Shown here one piece after another: positions 46,873 to 46,993 of a stretch of DNA of 46,993 nucleotides. Made by a program: the position numbers and the translations under genes. The DNA lies in NCBI GenBank assembly GCA_051942205.1, contig JAVECO010000021.1, forward strand, positions 124,001-170,993, in the 5' to 3' direction. The notes beneath the pieces are model-generated. The model did not search any database, was not told where the DNA came from, and worked only from the letters and a program-made list of their open reading frames with translations. The stretch's first letter is position 1, and the number at the start of each line of letters is the position of its first letter. The DNA is from Coniocarpon cinnabarinum. Lineage: Eukaryota.

Positions 46873-46993
46873 ACAACCAACTCGCTACTCACCCAACCTC
46901 AAGGCGATGCCCCTCCCTCCCCTTCGCAGTTGGGAACTGCGAAGGGGAGGGAGGGGCATCGCCTTGAGGTTGGGTGAGTAGCGAGTTGGTTGT
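46873..46993. repeat. Perfect inverted repeat (59-bp arms, 3-nt GGG loop) reaching the window end
   Basis: 46873-46931 is the exact reverse complement of 46935-46993; the loop is 46932-46934. Confidence 0.97.

Noticed and set aside
38000..46993. Starship or other giant transposon carrying the NLR
   Set aside because: No DUF3435 tyrosine-recombinase captain or other hallmark genes were recognisable. Most of the window is core housekeeping genes.
1..46993. tRNA/rRNA genes, and the many antisense ORFs within real genes
   Set aside because: No T-loop/cloverleaf or rRNA signature was seen by eye (tRNAscan/Infernal not run). Antisense ORFs are shadows of the annotated CDSs.

Overview
Eukaryotic, intron-containing DNA from a filamentous ascomycete (Pezizomycotina-type GT..CTRAY..AG introns). 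A backbone of conserved genes (FATP-type acyl-CoA synthetase, 5'-truncated; MBOAT/wax-synthase-type acyltransferase; MRPL1; PRP9; YJU2; a Rossmann-fold protein; VPS54; MCM5; GID7/WDR26-like; a DUF4048-type protein; a p24/ERP3-like gene) is interrupted by accessory DNA. This includes two NACHT-ankyrin NLR-like genes, one intact over 9 hand-spliced exons and one carrying two in-frame stops between NACHT and ankyrin array. It also includes two small orphan genes and two gene-poor or decayed tracts. Most notable: an intronless minimal Pol X/Pol-beta-like nucleotidyltransferase (22200-23624), a 138-codon AUG-less open extension upstream of the GID7-like gene, and a perfect 59-bp-arm hairpin at the window end. 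All family assignments come from motif recognition by eye; no database searches were run.
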